Below are positions 27,701 through 36,147 of a DNA stretch of 42,433 nucleotides, piece by piece. The notes beneath the pieces are model-generated. The model was not told the DNA's origin, ran no database searches, and saw only the letters and a list, made by a program, of their open reading frames with translations. Position 1 is the stretch's first letter, and every line of letters begins with the position of its first letter. The stretch covers positions 1 through 42,433 of IMG/VR virus record IMGVR_UViG_3300020355_000006; one strand, written 5' to 3'. Both the position numbers and the translations under genes were made by a program. Origin of the DNA: a virus. Taxonomy: Duplodnaviria > Caudoviricetes.

Positions 27701-30700
27701 TATGTTTTCTGGCGACGAGATGGCCGAAGTATCCGCAAGAGCAGATGCCTTGTCAGCAGAATTTGACGCACTTGGTGAAGAGACAAGAGCGGGCCAAAAG
27801 GCCGCTATGGAATACCGCATGGCATTGAATAACGGTATTGATGAACAAATAGCCTATGCTCAGGCACTGGAGGCTGGTACAAAGTTTCAAGAAGAGATCG
27901 AGGCGGAATCGCAAAAACTTAAAGAGGCTTATGCTTCGGGTGCGATAACAGAAAAAGAGCTTGAGAAGGCCAGTGCAGAATTAGCACAAAAAAGAAAAGC
28001 CGCACCAACTGCGTCTGGAAGAACCGGTGGTGGAGGCGGCGGTGGCGGTGGCCCAAGTCCCCAGTTGATCAAGAAGCAACAAGAAGCACAGAAAAAGCTG
28101 ATTGGTCACTATAAGGCACAAGAAACAAGAATGAGAAGCTTTAGCAGCAAGTTAAACAAAGCTTCTGGTGCTCTTTCTGGTGTTAGTGGTGCTGCTGTTG
28201 GCTTGACCATGATAGCTGGTACTCTTATACAAAGTATGGGTAATCTGGATGAAGGCACAAAAAAGGTTTACCAAGCGGGTCTAAATGTTGTCACTAGTTA
28301 TTTGGCTATAGGTGCTGAAATAGCCAGTTTGGGATTACAGGTTGTTGCTAGTGTAACTAGTATGCTTGCAGAAAAAGCCGCTAGAGCAGCCAATGCCGTT
28401 GCGGTAGGTGAAAACACAGTACAGGCCGCTGCCGCTGCTGGGGCAGCCGCTATATTAGGTAAAGCGGCCTTGAAAGCGGCTCATGAGCTTAACAAGATTA
28501 GCCCGGGCGAAGGTGGGAGCGATATAACTGACGACTTAGACATGGGCAAGAAGACCCCAAAAGCTCCAAAGGGCGGCAAAGGAAAAGGGGGCATAGGGAG
28601 CAAGATAAAAAGCGGAATGGGCGGTGGAGTTGGAACAGGCATATTGGCTGGCGTTACGGCTTCTCTTGCTGTTGCTGGGGTGGCTTATACGGCGATCATG
28701 GCACAAACCGCAATGGCGACCGAACGTTTCAAACAACAGCTAGAGGCGGCAAATAAAGTTGGAGACGCAGAGCTAGAAAAAATTGGAGGCCCACAGGGCG
28801 GTGCCAGCGAGGAAAAATTTGTTGCGGCCAGACAGGAGGCAGCCGGTGCCGAAATGAATATTGCCGTAAATGAAAAAGTTGGGCAATCCAACGCCAATAT
28901 AGTCGCTGGATCTGCCGCTGTTGTAGGAAGTCTTGCCGCTGTTACTACAGGTCTTTTAATAGCCGGAGGTGCATTGCAGGCAATTCCGGTGGTTGGTAAC
29001 GTTGTTGGTCTTGCACTTATAGGTCTAGCCGGAGCTGCCGCCGCTGCTGGAGTAGCGTGGGCGTTTTTTACTGGCGATGCCGAGGAAGAGGCTCGAAAAC
29101 TAGCAAAAGAACAAGCTCTTCTTGCAGAAGTTTCTGGTGGTTACGCTAGAAGTACTTTTAGAGCAAAGAGCGGGATAGATAAGTTTGACAAGGCTATGCA
29201 GACAGCCAAAGATAACTCTTTATCTGCTGCTGCGTCGTTATCTCTACTAAGTAATGGAGTTCAAGCTTTAAGCTCGACTTATGATGATAATGCCGATAGA
29301 ATTGAAACCTCTACTAAGAAAAGAGTCGAACTTGAGAATCTACTTAGAGAGAAGGGTTTGTTAACAGACGAGGGCAGAGTAAAAGAAGGTGGCGAACCTC
29401 TGGATGCTGACACGCAAGACCAAGTAGCCAACTTTAAAGAGCTTGCCAAGCAAGAAGAAGAGGCTAGAAAAGCTAATAATGACCTGCTTAACAAACTGTT
29501 CCAGCAGGAAAGTCAGTTGAGACAGCAAATGCTGGCAGCCGTAAACGAAAGCATGAGCGAAATGTTTGAGGCCGATCCAGCGGCTTTAGACGGTATTAAC
29601 GACGTTACCGCCTTTATGAATGATGCCGCAGTTCAGGCTTCGGGTCTTCCGAACAAGTTGGCGTTAGCCCAGAAGCAAATTGACGATATAATCAAGAAGC
29701 GTTTTGAAGGAGATATTCAAGAGGCTGATGACGCTGGTGATTTGGATCTCAAACAGGGTCTCATAGCAAAAAGAAACGCAGAAATAGCGGTCAGCCAAGC
29801 AAAGCTAAACAAACAGATGCAGGAAAACATAACCGCCAGAAAGAGGATGACGGCGGAAAATCTAAGGAGTATTGTTGAAGAAAGAGCCAAAAGGCGTGCG
29901 TTGCAAGATTCGCAGAGAGTCATAAGAGGCTTCAACAGCATGCTCATGGGAGCCACCGCTACTGCCGCTAATTTCGCTCAAATAGAGAACGCTGGAGACG
30001 TTACCACAGGCGGAAAAATTAGTGTTGAAATAAACTCTGATGCTTTGAGTCAGGGTCTTCAGGGTGTTACACCAGATGTGCTAGAATCTGCGGTCCAAAA
30101 GGGAATGAATGCTATCAATTTTGGTATTGAGCAGACTTCGCCCGGTGTCGCTAAAGACCCAAATGAGCAAGCCATATTAGATCGTACCGAGAGAATAGGA
30201 GCGAGAGTCAAGGTCGCCCAAGAGCTTGTTAACAATATACCAGAGATACTTGAGGGCTATCAGCAAGACCTCACAAAGGGTAGGGGAATTCAGGCGGAAG
30301 AGCTGTTTGATAAGATCAATGCTAGCATTGCTGGAGTAGATATCTCAAAGCTTAATCTGGGTGCAGATATACAGCGAAAAATAGATGAAATGCTGAAAGA
30401 AAGCGGGACCGACAGGCTCACGTTTGAACAGGTTGAGGAGCTTATTGGTGACATAGAGGAAGTTGCTGGTGCTGACCTAGAAGCTTTACAAAGAGCAGTA
30501 GAAGTACAAAACCAATACCTGCAAAAACTTCAGCAGATCAACAATTTAATCATTGACGCTCAGGGCAGATATGCCGATGCTGTGGCTAGACAGGCTTCCG
30601 TTGCGGCTAAGGGCCGAGAAAGAGTAGCAAAGGCAAGAGGTGGAACTCCAACATTACAGAGCCTTAGTGATGATGCTGACAGAAGGGAAAGAGATAGAAA

Positions 30701-33700
30701 TTTAGTTGGTGATGAGGCTCTGGGTAGACGTGCTAGAGACGCCGGTGCAAGAGCCGGAAACGTTGGTGCTAACCGTGATGCGTTAAAGAAACTGGACGCA
30801 GAAGCAAAGCGGGCTGAACAAAACGCAAGAGACGCTGCGGCTGCTGGAGACTCTGAAGGTGCAGCTAAGTTTACTCAACAGGCTAATGAAGCTGGTGCGG
30901 CTGCTAATAGGGTAAGAGGAGAACTTGAAAGATTGGCTGATCAAAGTGCAAAAGCCGCAGACATAGAAGCACAACTCAACCAGCTAAGAAAAGAAAGAAA
31001 GCAGATTGGAAATCAGGTTGAGAAGTTCGCCTTTGGCTCTGATCAGCAGCGGTTCGACATGGGACAATCTTATGCCACTCTAAATCAAGCCATGGCACAG
31101 GGCGGTATTCAGGGTGCAACAGAGCAACAAAGAGCACAAGTTGGAGGTCTACTAGATCAGCTTAGTGATGTTAGAATAGGCCCCGGTGGTGAAACGGGAC
31201 GAGAACTCAAAGCAAAGTTTGCTGAAGACGAGGCTATACGAATGGGAATGGATCCAGCGATAGCCAAGAAGGTTGGAGAGCAGGTTGCTGCTGGGTCAGC
31301 CGAAGAGCAAATGGTTCAGAAGCTTGAAGCTCTGGCTGTACAGGAAGAGGCTGCTGCTGCGGCATTGGCGGAAGACGCTAAAAATCAGGTCAAATACTTA
31401 GAGCAAATTGCTCAGAACACCAAAGATGACATGAAGACAGATACTGCGGCTGCAATGCAAGGCACCCCAGAAGAAGCCAAGCAAGACAAAGAAAACGCCC
31501 AGAAAGACAAAGAACTTGCTCAAGCTCTTGCTCAAGCTGAAACTGATTTAGCTGCTGCGGAGCAAGCACTGAAAACAGAAGTAGCCAATCTTGCAACAGC
31601 CACTAAGAATCTTGAAGCGGCTACGCTCAAGCTGAGTGATCTACAAGATCCAGACGCTCAGGATGCAAGGAGAACGGCAATTCAGGGCACAGCAGCCGGT
31701 GAAGCCGAAGCAATGATTAACACCTCAATAGCCAAGTTTAATCAAAATAGGCTTTCCGAAGACGGAACCACTCAAGTACAAAGAGATCGTTTTGCAGAGG
31801 CGGCTCAGGTTGAGTCGGGTAGCTTCCAGCTTGAGAGCGGTAACAATGATGAAATAGACGATATGAGCGACGACGAGATCGCAAAAAATGTCAATAAGGC
31901 ACTCGGTGGGCTCATGGATGCGGCAATCGAAAAGGCCAAAGAGGGAGGTGCGTCCGCCGAACAAGTTGTTCGACTAGAACAAGCTAAACTAGATGCTATT
32001 GCTAAGGCGGTAGAGTCTGTCAAAAAGCAAAGAGACGAAGGCGACGAAGACACGAACTATCAGAACGAAATGTTTAGTATGGGGGACAAATTTGCTGAGG
32101 CATTAAAGACCACTATCGCACCGATTCTCAAAGAAATCAGAGACGAGGCCGGTAAAGATGCTGTTGCCGCACTGCCTCCCAACCAACGACTGGCTAGAGG
32201 CGGAATGGTTCAGTATCGCAATACCGGCGGAATAATGAACAGCATATTCAAACCAAAGGGGACCGACACAGTTCCAGCCATGCTAACCCCCGGCGAGTTT
32301 GTAATCAGAAAGTCTGCGGTAGACAAGATCGGCGTAGGAACTTTATCTGCTCTAAATAATGGGGATGTTTCTTCTGTTGCTAAGAGTATGGGTGGTCCTA
32401 TATATCGTGCTATGGGTGGTGTTGTTAATTTGCCAGAATCAGGAGCATTACAGCAAGCCTTTATATCACAACTGTCAGGAGGTAAGGCTGGACACATACT
32501 AGGTGCCCTGAAGGACGGCTTTGGTATGGATGACAAAGAAGCCAGAAAGGCTGCCGCATATATAAAAGATTTAGCCAAAAAGGGTGTTATAAACGCCTCC
32601 AATATGCAGGGGGGCATCCAGTTAGAGAATCTAAACAGGGCTATACGTGACTCAAAATTTGTAAGCGGAATATTGCCAACCACATTCAGACCGGCTGATT
32701 TTAGTGCAGAAGTAGCTGCCGTCGATACAGACTGGCCACCCACAAAGGCTGAATTTGAGAGTGTCAAAAAAGGTCTAAAAATATACCAAGGAAGAAGCGA
32801 TTCGCTTTTTCACGACATAGCTAACATGACAAAGGCTATTGGTGGAGTGAATGGTCCCGCCACTAAGTTTGCAGGAAGTCTGCTACAAAGAAGTGGAGCA
32901 CTAAAACTTAATCCTGCGGTAGAATATAATAATATATTTAAGCAGATTAAAGCAGAAGCAAACAGAAATAAACAGGCCTCTAGTGAAGCACAGGGTTTTT
33001 ATGACAAAGTAAAAACTCTCTTTGAAGGTACTCCAGATCAAGGAGAACAGAAAGACCCAAGAGTTCTTCCTTGGAAGGTTCTGATAGGCCGCATGAAAGG
33101 TCAGGCCGCTAAAGACCAACAGGCTGCTGCTCAAGAAGAGGCACAAGCGGAAGCAGATGCCATAAAGGACTTAGGTCTTGGAAGAGGAGACGAGAGTAAG
33201 CTTAAATACCTATTAGATAAAAATATAGTAAAGATGGCGACTGGTGGATCTGTTGCCGGTTCAGATACTGTTCCTGCCATGTTGACACCGGGCGAATTTG
33301 TCATGAGCAAGGGGTCTGTTCAACAATATGGAACTGGATTTATGTCCTCGTTAAACAGAGGTAGAGTACCCGGTTTTGCTAGGGGTGGACTAGTTGGTGG
33401 AGTTCAATATAAACAGAATGGTGGAGAAGTGAACGATGGAGCCGCCGCCATAATATTAGATCCTTCTGGCTTGCAAGAGGTTCTAAATAATTTTAATGCC
33501 ACATTCCAATCGTCTATAGATTCTGTAGTCAGCCAATTCTCGGCGTTTACTGAATCTATGAATAACTTAGCAAATGCTATACAGGGCGGAATGACGCTGA
33601 CTCACAACTTCTCCGGAGACATGTCTTTGGCGTTCAAGGTGGAAAACGCGGACCATTTGAAGAAAGTCATAGCCGACGCTATAACGCCAAGACTTTCCGA

Positions 33701-33755
33701 AATAATATCGTCGGAACTAGATACAAGACTCAACAAAGATTTCAGGGCAGGATAA
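24714..33755 (+). CDS. tail tape measure protein (3013 aa) with internal modules
   Basis: TP901-like N-terminal TMP domain (AIEFEREMVKISQVTG...ESAETIATGFRTIFTRL), Ala-rich helices, hydrophobic segments, synteny. Confidence 0.92.
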   Translation: MAGFNLTAQIQLQAPTNVSQVANQIKSQLGNVTTTVNVQSNAKSLAAINGQLQSVDKTAKNSAKSMNLLNRNIAEAARRFSVITVATGAFIGMARAIKNSVGAAIEFEREMVKISQVTGKSVKELKGLSDEVTRISTTMGVANASLLETARVLSQAGLSALKTKQAMEVLANTTLAPSFDNIIDTTEGAIAILNQFGREAAKTGQDIRFLEASLDAINAVSKNFAVESADLIGAIRRTGGVFQAAGGNLNELIALFTSVRQTTRESAETIATGFRTIFTRLQRTETIDALEQLGISLSDAEGKFVGPLKAVEALAAGLAGLDPKDVRFNEIVEQLGGFRQIGKVIPLIKQYAVAEQALAVANNSMGSTSKDAQTAQQSLAVQFQKVAESFDALMRKFTGSDTFQSIAKTVLSLADAFLSFASSLENVLPLLTSVAAIKLGKNLAPGLVSLFGGGGGGGSVSKFARGGFVPGTGNRDTVPAMLTPGEFVIKKSSAAKLGAAQLHAMNENRFNDGAEIREELSANRRAFKNVKGIKGKGSEGASVRLVEELSDDIKAKLESGEMNTYTGAFLRPEGRDKQVMGKLGKGAIGASINANERIAALKTAAKKKNANSVVKELNAEVKEMINATQGVESGFMLAAGSLEPTIALGMEETILEGVRDTVQSATAQIGGELGSRSIPDQAKILKTANIDNVVGNLFEASLLSFGSSPPYDRSASEDFDFPSGLGSGLAEQFGLSKYASNPGDAKSSFTNDNVASFTKKVENFETKEALNSIQGVIDKKIGQAIAALPADASNTEVARELGLAGKNYSAAASDLGSQLRPSKKATGGSVSGRDSVPSLLTPGEYVINKSAAQSIGYTNLHKMNKTGVAKFNKGGAVGIQSFANGGSVESGDFGLTSIKDLALVNAAAKKNAAAFDAITSELDRMNLDPEAQRAALVKFARSVDSVADEAELLDQAMLAAHRDITSAGPGAQRTGKKPSGAAGAGGIDDSDKGALSMFSGDEMAEVSARADALSAEFDALGEETRAGQKAAMEYRMALNNGIDEQIAYAQALEAGTKFQEEIEAESQKLKEAYASGAITEKELEKASAELAQKRKAAPTASGRTGGGGGGGGGPSPQLIKKQQEAQKKLIGHYKAQETRMRSFSSKLNKASGALSGVSGAAVGLTMIAGTLIQSMGNLDEGTKKVYQAGLNVVTSYLAIGAEIASLGLQVVASVTSMLAEKAARAANAVAVGENTVQAAAAAGAAAILGKAALKAAHELNKISPGEGGSDITDDLDMGKKTPKAPKGGKGKGGIGSKIKSGMGGGVGTGILAGVTASLAVAGVAYTAIMAQTAMATERFKQQLEAANKVGDAELEKIGGPQGGASEEKFVAARQEAAGAEMNIAVNEKVGQSNANIVAGSAAVVGSLAAVTTGLLIAGGALQAIPVVGNVVGLALIGLAGAAAAAGVAWAFFTGDAEEEARKLAKEQALLAEVSGGYARSTFRAKSGIDKFDKAMQTAKDNSLSAAASLSLLSNGVQALSSTYDDNADRIETSTKKRVELENLLREKGLLTDEGRVKEGGEPLDADTQDQVANFKELAKQEEEARKANNDLLNKLFQQESQLRQQMLAAVNESMSEMFEADPAALDGINDVTAFMNDAAVQASGLPNKLALAQKQIDDIIKKRFEGDIQEADDAGDLDLKQGLIAKRNAEIAVSQAKLNKQMQENITARKRMTAENLRSIVEERAKRRALQDSQRVIRGFNSMLMGATATAANFAQIENAGDVTTGGKISVEINSDALSQGLQGVTPDVLESAVQKGMNAINFGIEQTSPGVAKDPNEQAILDRTERIGARVKVAQELVNNIPEILEGYQQDLTKGRGIQAEELFDKINASIAGVDISKLNLGADIQRKIDEMLKESGTDRLTFEQVEELIGDIEEVAGADLEALQRAVEVQNQYLQKLQQINNLIIDAQGRYADAVARQASVAAKGRERVAKARGGTPTLQSLSDDADRRERDRNLVGDEALGRRARDAGARAGNVGANRDALKKLDAEAKRAEQNARDAAAAGDSEGAAKFTQQANEAGAAANRVRGELERLADQSAKAADIEAQLNQLRKERKQIGNQVEKFAFGSDQQRFDMGQSYATLNQAMAQGGIQGATEQQRAQVGGLLDQLSDVRIGPGGETGRELKAKFAEDEAIRMGMDPAIAKKVGEQVAAGSAEEQMVQKLEALAVQEEAAAAALAEDAKNQVKYLEQIAQNTKDDMKTDTAAAMQGTPEEAKQDKENAQKDKELAQALAQAETDLAAAEQALKTEVANLATATKNLEAATLKLSDLQDPDAQDARRTAIQGTAAGEAEAMINTSIAKFNQNRLSEDGTTQVQRDRFAEAAQVESGSFQLESGNNDEIDDMSDDEIAKNVNKALGGLMDAAIEKAKEGGASAEQVVRLEQAKLDAIAKAVESVKKQRDEGDEDTNYQNEMFSMGDKFAEALKTTIAPILKEIRDEAGKDAVAALPPNQRLARGGMVQYRNTGGIMNSIFKPKGTDTVPAMLTPGEFVIRKSAVDKIGVGTLSALNNGDVSSVAKSMGGPIYRAMGGVVNLPESGALQQAFISQLSGGKAGHILGALKDGFGMDDKEARKAAAYIKDLAKKGVINASNMQGGIQLENLNRAIRDSKFVSGILPTTFRPADFSAEVAAVDTDWPPTKAEFESVKKGLKIYQGRSDSLFHDIANMTKAIGGVNGPATKFAGSLLQRSGALKLNPAVEYNNIFKQIKAEANRNKQASSEAQGFYDKVKTLFEGTPDQGEQKDPRVLPWKVLIGRMKGQAAKDQQAAAQEEAQAEADAIKDLGLGRGDESKLKYLLDKNIVKMATGGSVAGSDTVPAMLTPGEFVMSKGSVQQYGTGFMSSLNRGRVPGFARGGLVGGVQYKQNGGEVNDGAAAIILDPSGLQEVLNNFNATFQSSIDSVVSQFSAFTESMNNLANAIQGGMTLTHNFSGDMSLAFKVENADHLKKVIADAITPRLSEIISSELDTRLNKDFRAG

Positions 33756-34591
33756 TGGGCGTACTTACTGGTGCTTTTAACGTAAATAATCCCACAGACG
33801 ACAGTGTCGTTGGGGGCATCGCTGTACCGGGACCCGGTAACGAGGGCATAAATAGTCCTCCCGCCCTTCCTAGTAGAGGTAGCAACCTTGCGAATCCAGC
33901 CAACAATCTCTTTCCGCTCAGTATAACTGGTGGACCAGACTTTACCGGCACTATGACCCTTGTTGCAATGGCCCCCTCTGGGAGTACGCTTTTTGCACCA
34001 TTGACTATACATCCTCATCCGGCGGCTGAAATACCACTTGTAATTGGTCGCACCAGAGTAGCTAGTGGAAATTTAGATTTTTACATAGACGGTGTAGCGG
34101 GTGCTGGAGGAGGAGCGGCTGATTATCAGGGTTACGCAACCTTGGCTGTTCCCTCTACTACTAACGGTACATACAAGGATCAGACATTTCCGCTAACCGT
34201 TGTTCCACACAAAATAGGTTCCGGAATATCGACTGCAAACCTTTTTGCTTCTGGGTTTGCTCCGACATTAGTCAAGGCCGCTACACTGGCCACATCTGGA
34301 TCAACTGTTAGTGCTCCCGGTTTTATAAATAACAATACAGAAAAGGGCGGCAATACTGTAAACCTGCATATTTCAAGCAGAGATCTTCAAACTTCATCAA
34401 TGGATCTTTATATGGACAAAGATTTTAATTGCTCAAACAACATCTCTTTATATATAAATCACAGAATGGGAAGTGGTCATCTTACCACCATGACTAGAGG
34501 TGCGGATTTAATCAATAACAATATACCGTTATCAATAAAGCCTCCTCATTCAGGAGCATTGACGCTTTATGTTAGAGGATATGACTCATAG
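33755..34591 (+). CDS. virion protein with short beta-strand repeats
   Basis: Recurrent hydrophobic-x-L-x-hydrophobic units; overlaps TMP stop. Confidence 0.55.
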   Translation: MGVLTGAFNVNNPTDDSVVGGIAVPGPGNEGINSPPALPSRGSNLANPANNLFPLSITGGPDFTGTMTLVAMAPSGSTLFAPLTIHPHPAAEIPLVIGRTRVASGNLDFYIDGVAGAGGGAADYQGYATLAVPSTTNGTYKDQTFPLTVVPHKIGSGISTANLFASGFAPTLVKAATLATSGSTVSAPGFINNNTEKGGNTVNLHISSRDLQTSSMDLYMDKDFNCSNNISLYINHRMGSGHLTTMTRGADLINNNIPLSIKPPHSGALTLYVRGYDS

Positions 34592-34601
34592 GGAATAAAA
34601 T

Positions 34602-36128
34602 ATGGCTATAACATTTACACCAAGCGGTGGCGACACATTTACATTTGGCGGCACAGATATCCAACCCACCAACGGTGTTGCTGGGCCTTATCCGAACGTA
34701 TCTATAAATAGAACAAGAAGAACACAAGACTCTTTGTTTCTTGGTAACTTGTGGGAAATAACAATTACCGGTACGGCATTGATTACCGCTGAAGCTAGCC
34801 ACCTCACTAAAGGGGCACGACAGGCAGCTATTTTTTCTTTACAAAGCGAGCTAATGTTTCTACTTGAGGGCAAACAGGGCCTGATGGACATTGATTCATA
34901 CGGCGGAAAGACCGACATGCAGTTTAAACACACTAAGATTATTAGTGTTAATTTCCCAGATCAAGACGAAGCGAGTATGGGAACACAGAGTATGCCCTAC
35001 AGCATTACTGCCCAATCTTATGACGGAGACCATACCGGAGAGTACAAACCGGAAGTAGGAAAAGGGGCCAGCGAGATATATTGGATAGAAAGTTTTGATG
35101 AGACTTGGGACATAAGTGCCTCAGACGGCTATTCCTCGGAGGACGGCACAACGGCCTATAAAACCTATACGATATCTAGAACCCTATCCGCTCAAGCCGC
35201 CGCCATACAAAACGAAGCAAGCAAGATGCACTATCAGCGGGCCAAGAAGTTTGTTGAAGATAGGCTTATAGACGGTAATCCGTTAACGCAAACCACTCTG
35301 TTGGTAGACGAAAGAGGAGAAGCTCTTGATCTGTCTGTGTCTCTTGCCAATTATGTGGCATATAATCAGGTCAGAACAAGAAATCAGGCCATTGCAGCAG
35401 GTTCTTATTCAGTGACCGACAGTTGGACGGCCACAAGATACCCAGCTACTCACACGGTTGAATTTTCTATGAACCAAGATCCGGCAGCGGAGTTCAATAC
35501 TGTGGACGTAAGTGTAAGTGTACAGGGCATGGACTTGACACATCCGGAGACATCAAACACACACGACAAGTATACAAACGCAAAAACAAGTTTTGCCACA
35601 CTCAAATCGGCAATTACAAATTCAGCAGTCAATTTTTACAATACGTTTAGTACCGGCTATACCCTTAGAACTACGCCGAAAGCACAGACGGAAACACATA
35701 ACGAACTAGATGGTACTATATCGTATACCGTAGCTTATGATGATGCGGTAATAAATTTTCCAAACGCCGTGTCAGAAAGCTTAAATGTAACCTATGATAA
35801 TATAGATGGTAGTAACCAGACAATTGTTATTATACCGGTATTAGAGAAGGCAGACGGTCCAGTGATTCAGGACATGGCCACGACTCCAGAAAGAAGGGTT
35901 TCTGTTAGTTTGGACTTGCAAATGCCCAGAAATCATAGATCCAGTAAGCCAAACGCAGCAGGCCAAGTTGCAAACTATCAACCGGCAAACAGTTATCAAC
36001 AACAAAAAACAGAAACTTGGAGCCCAAGCACCGGAAGCTATAGTCTTTCTATGGAATGGGTTTATGTGGAATTTGACGCAACTGTCGGGACTGATACGAG
36101 CGACTTTGGTCCTTCGCCCACCCCATAA
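34602..36128 (+). CDS. putative distal tail/tail-tip protein
   Basis: Downstream of TMP; Thr/Ser-rich beta composition. Confidence 0.5.
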   Translation: MAITFTPSGGDTFTFGGTDIQPTNGVAGPYPNVSINRTRRTQDSLFLGNLWEITITGTALITAEASHLTKGARQAAIFSLQSELMFLLEGKQGLMDIDSYGGKTDMQFKHTKIISVNFPDQDEASMGTQSMPYSITAQSYDGDHTGEYKPEVGKGASEIYWIESFDETWDISASDGYSSEDGTTAYKTYTISRTLSAQAAAIQNEASKMHYQRAKKFVEDRLIDGNPLTQTTLLVDERGEALDLSVSLANYVAYNQVRTRNQAIAAGSYSVTDSWTATRYPATHTVEFSMNQDPAAEFNTVDVSVSVQGMDLTHPETSNTHDKYTNAKTSFATLKSAITNSAVNFYNTFSTGYTLRTTPKAQTETHNELDGTISYTVAYDDAVINFPNAVSESLNVTYDNIDGSNQTIVIIPVLEKADGPVIQDMATTPERRVSVSLDLQMPRNHRSSKPNAAGQVANYQPANSYQQQKTETWSPSTGSYSLSMEWVYVEFDATVGTDTSDFGPSPTP

Positions 36129-36147
36129 TTTTTAGGAACGGAACAAA

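Noticed and set aside
26100-33425. TMP modules as inteins or a diversity-generating retroelement target
   Set aside because: No Cys/Ser-start and His-Asn-end splice motifs, no reverse transcriptase, and no adenine-specific repeat pair seen
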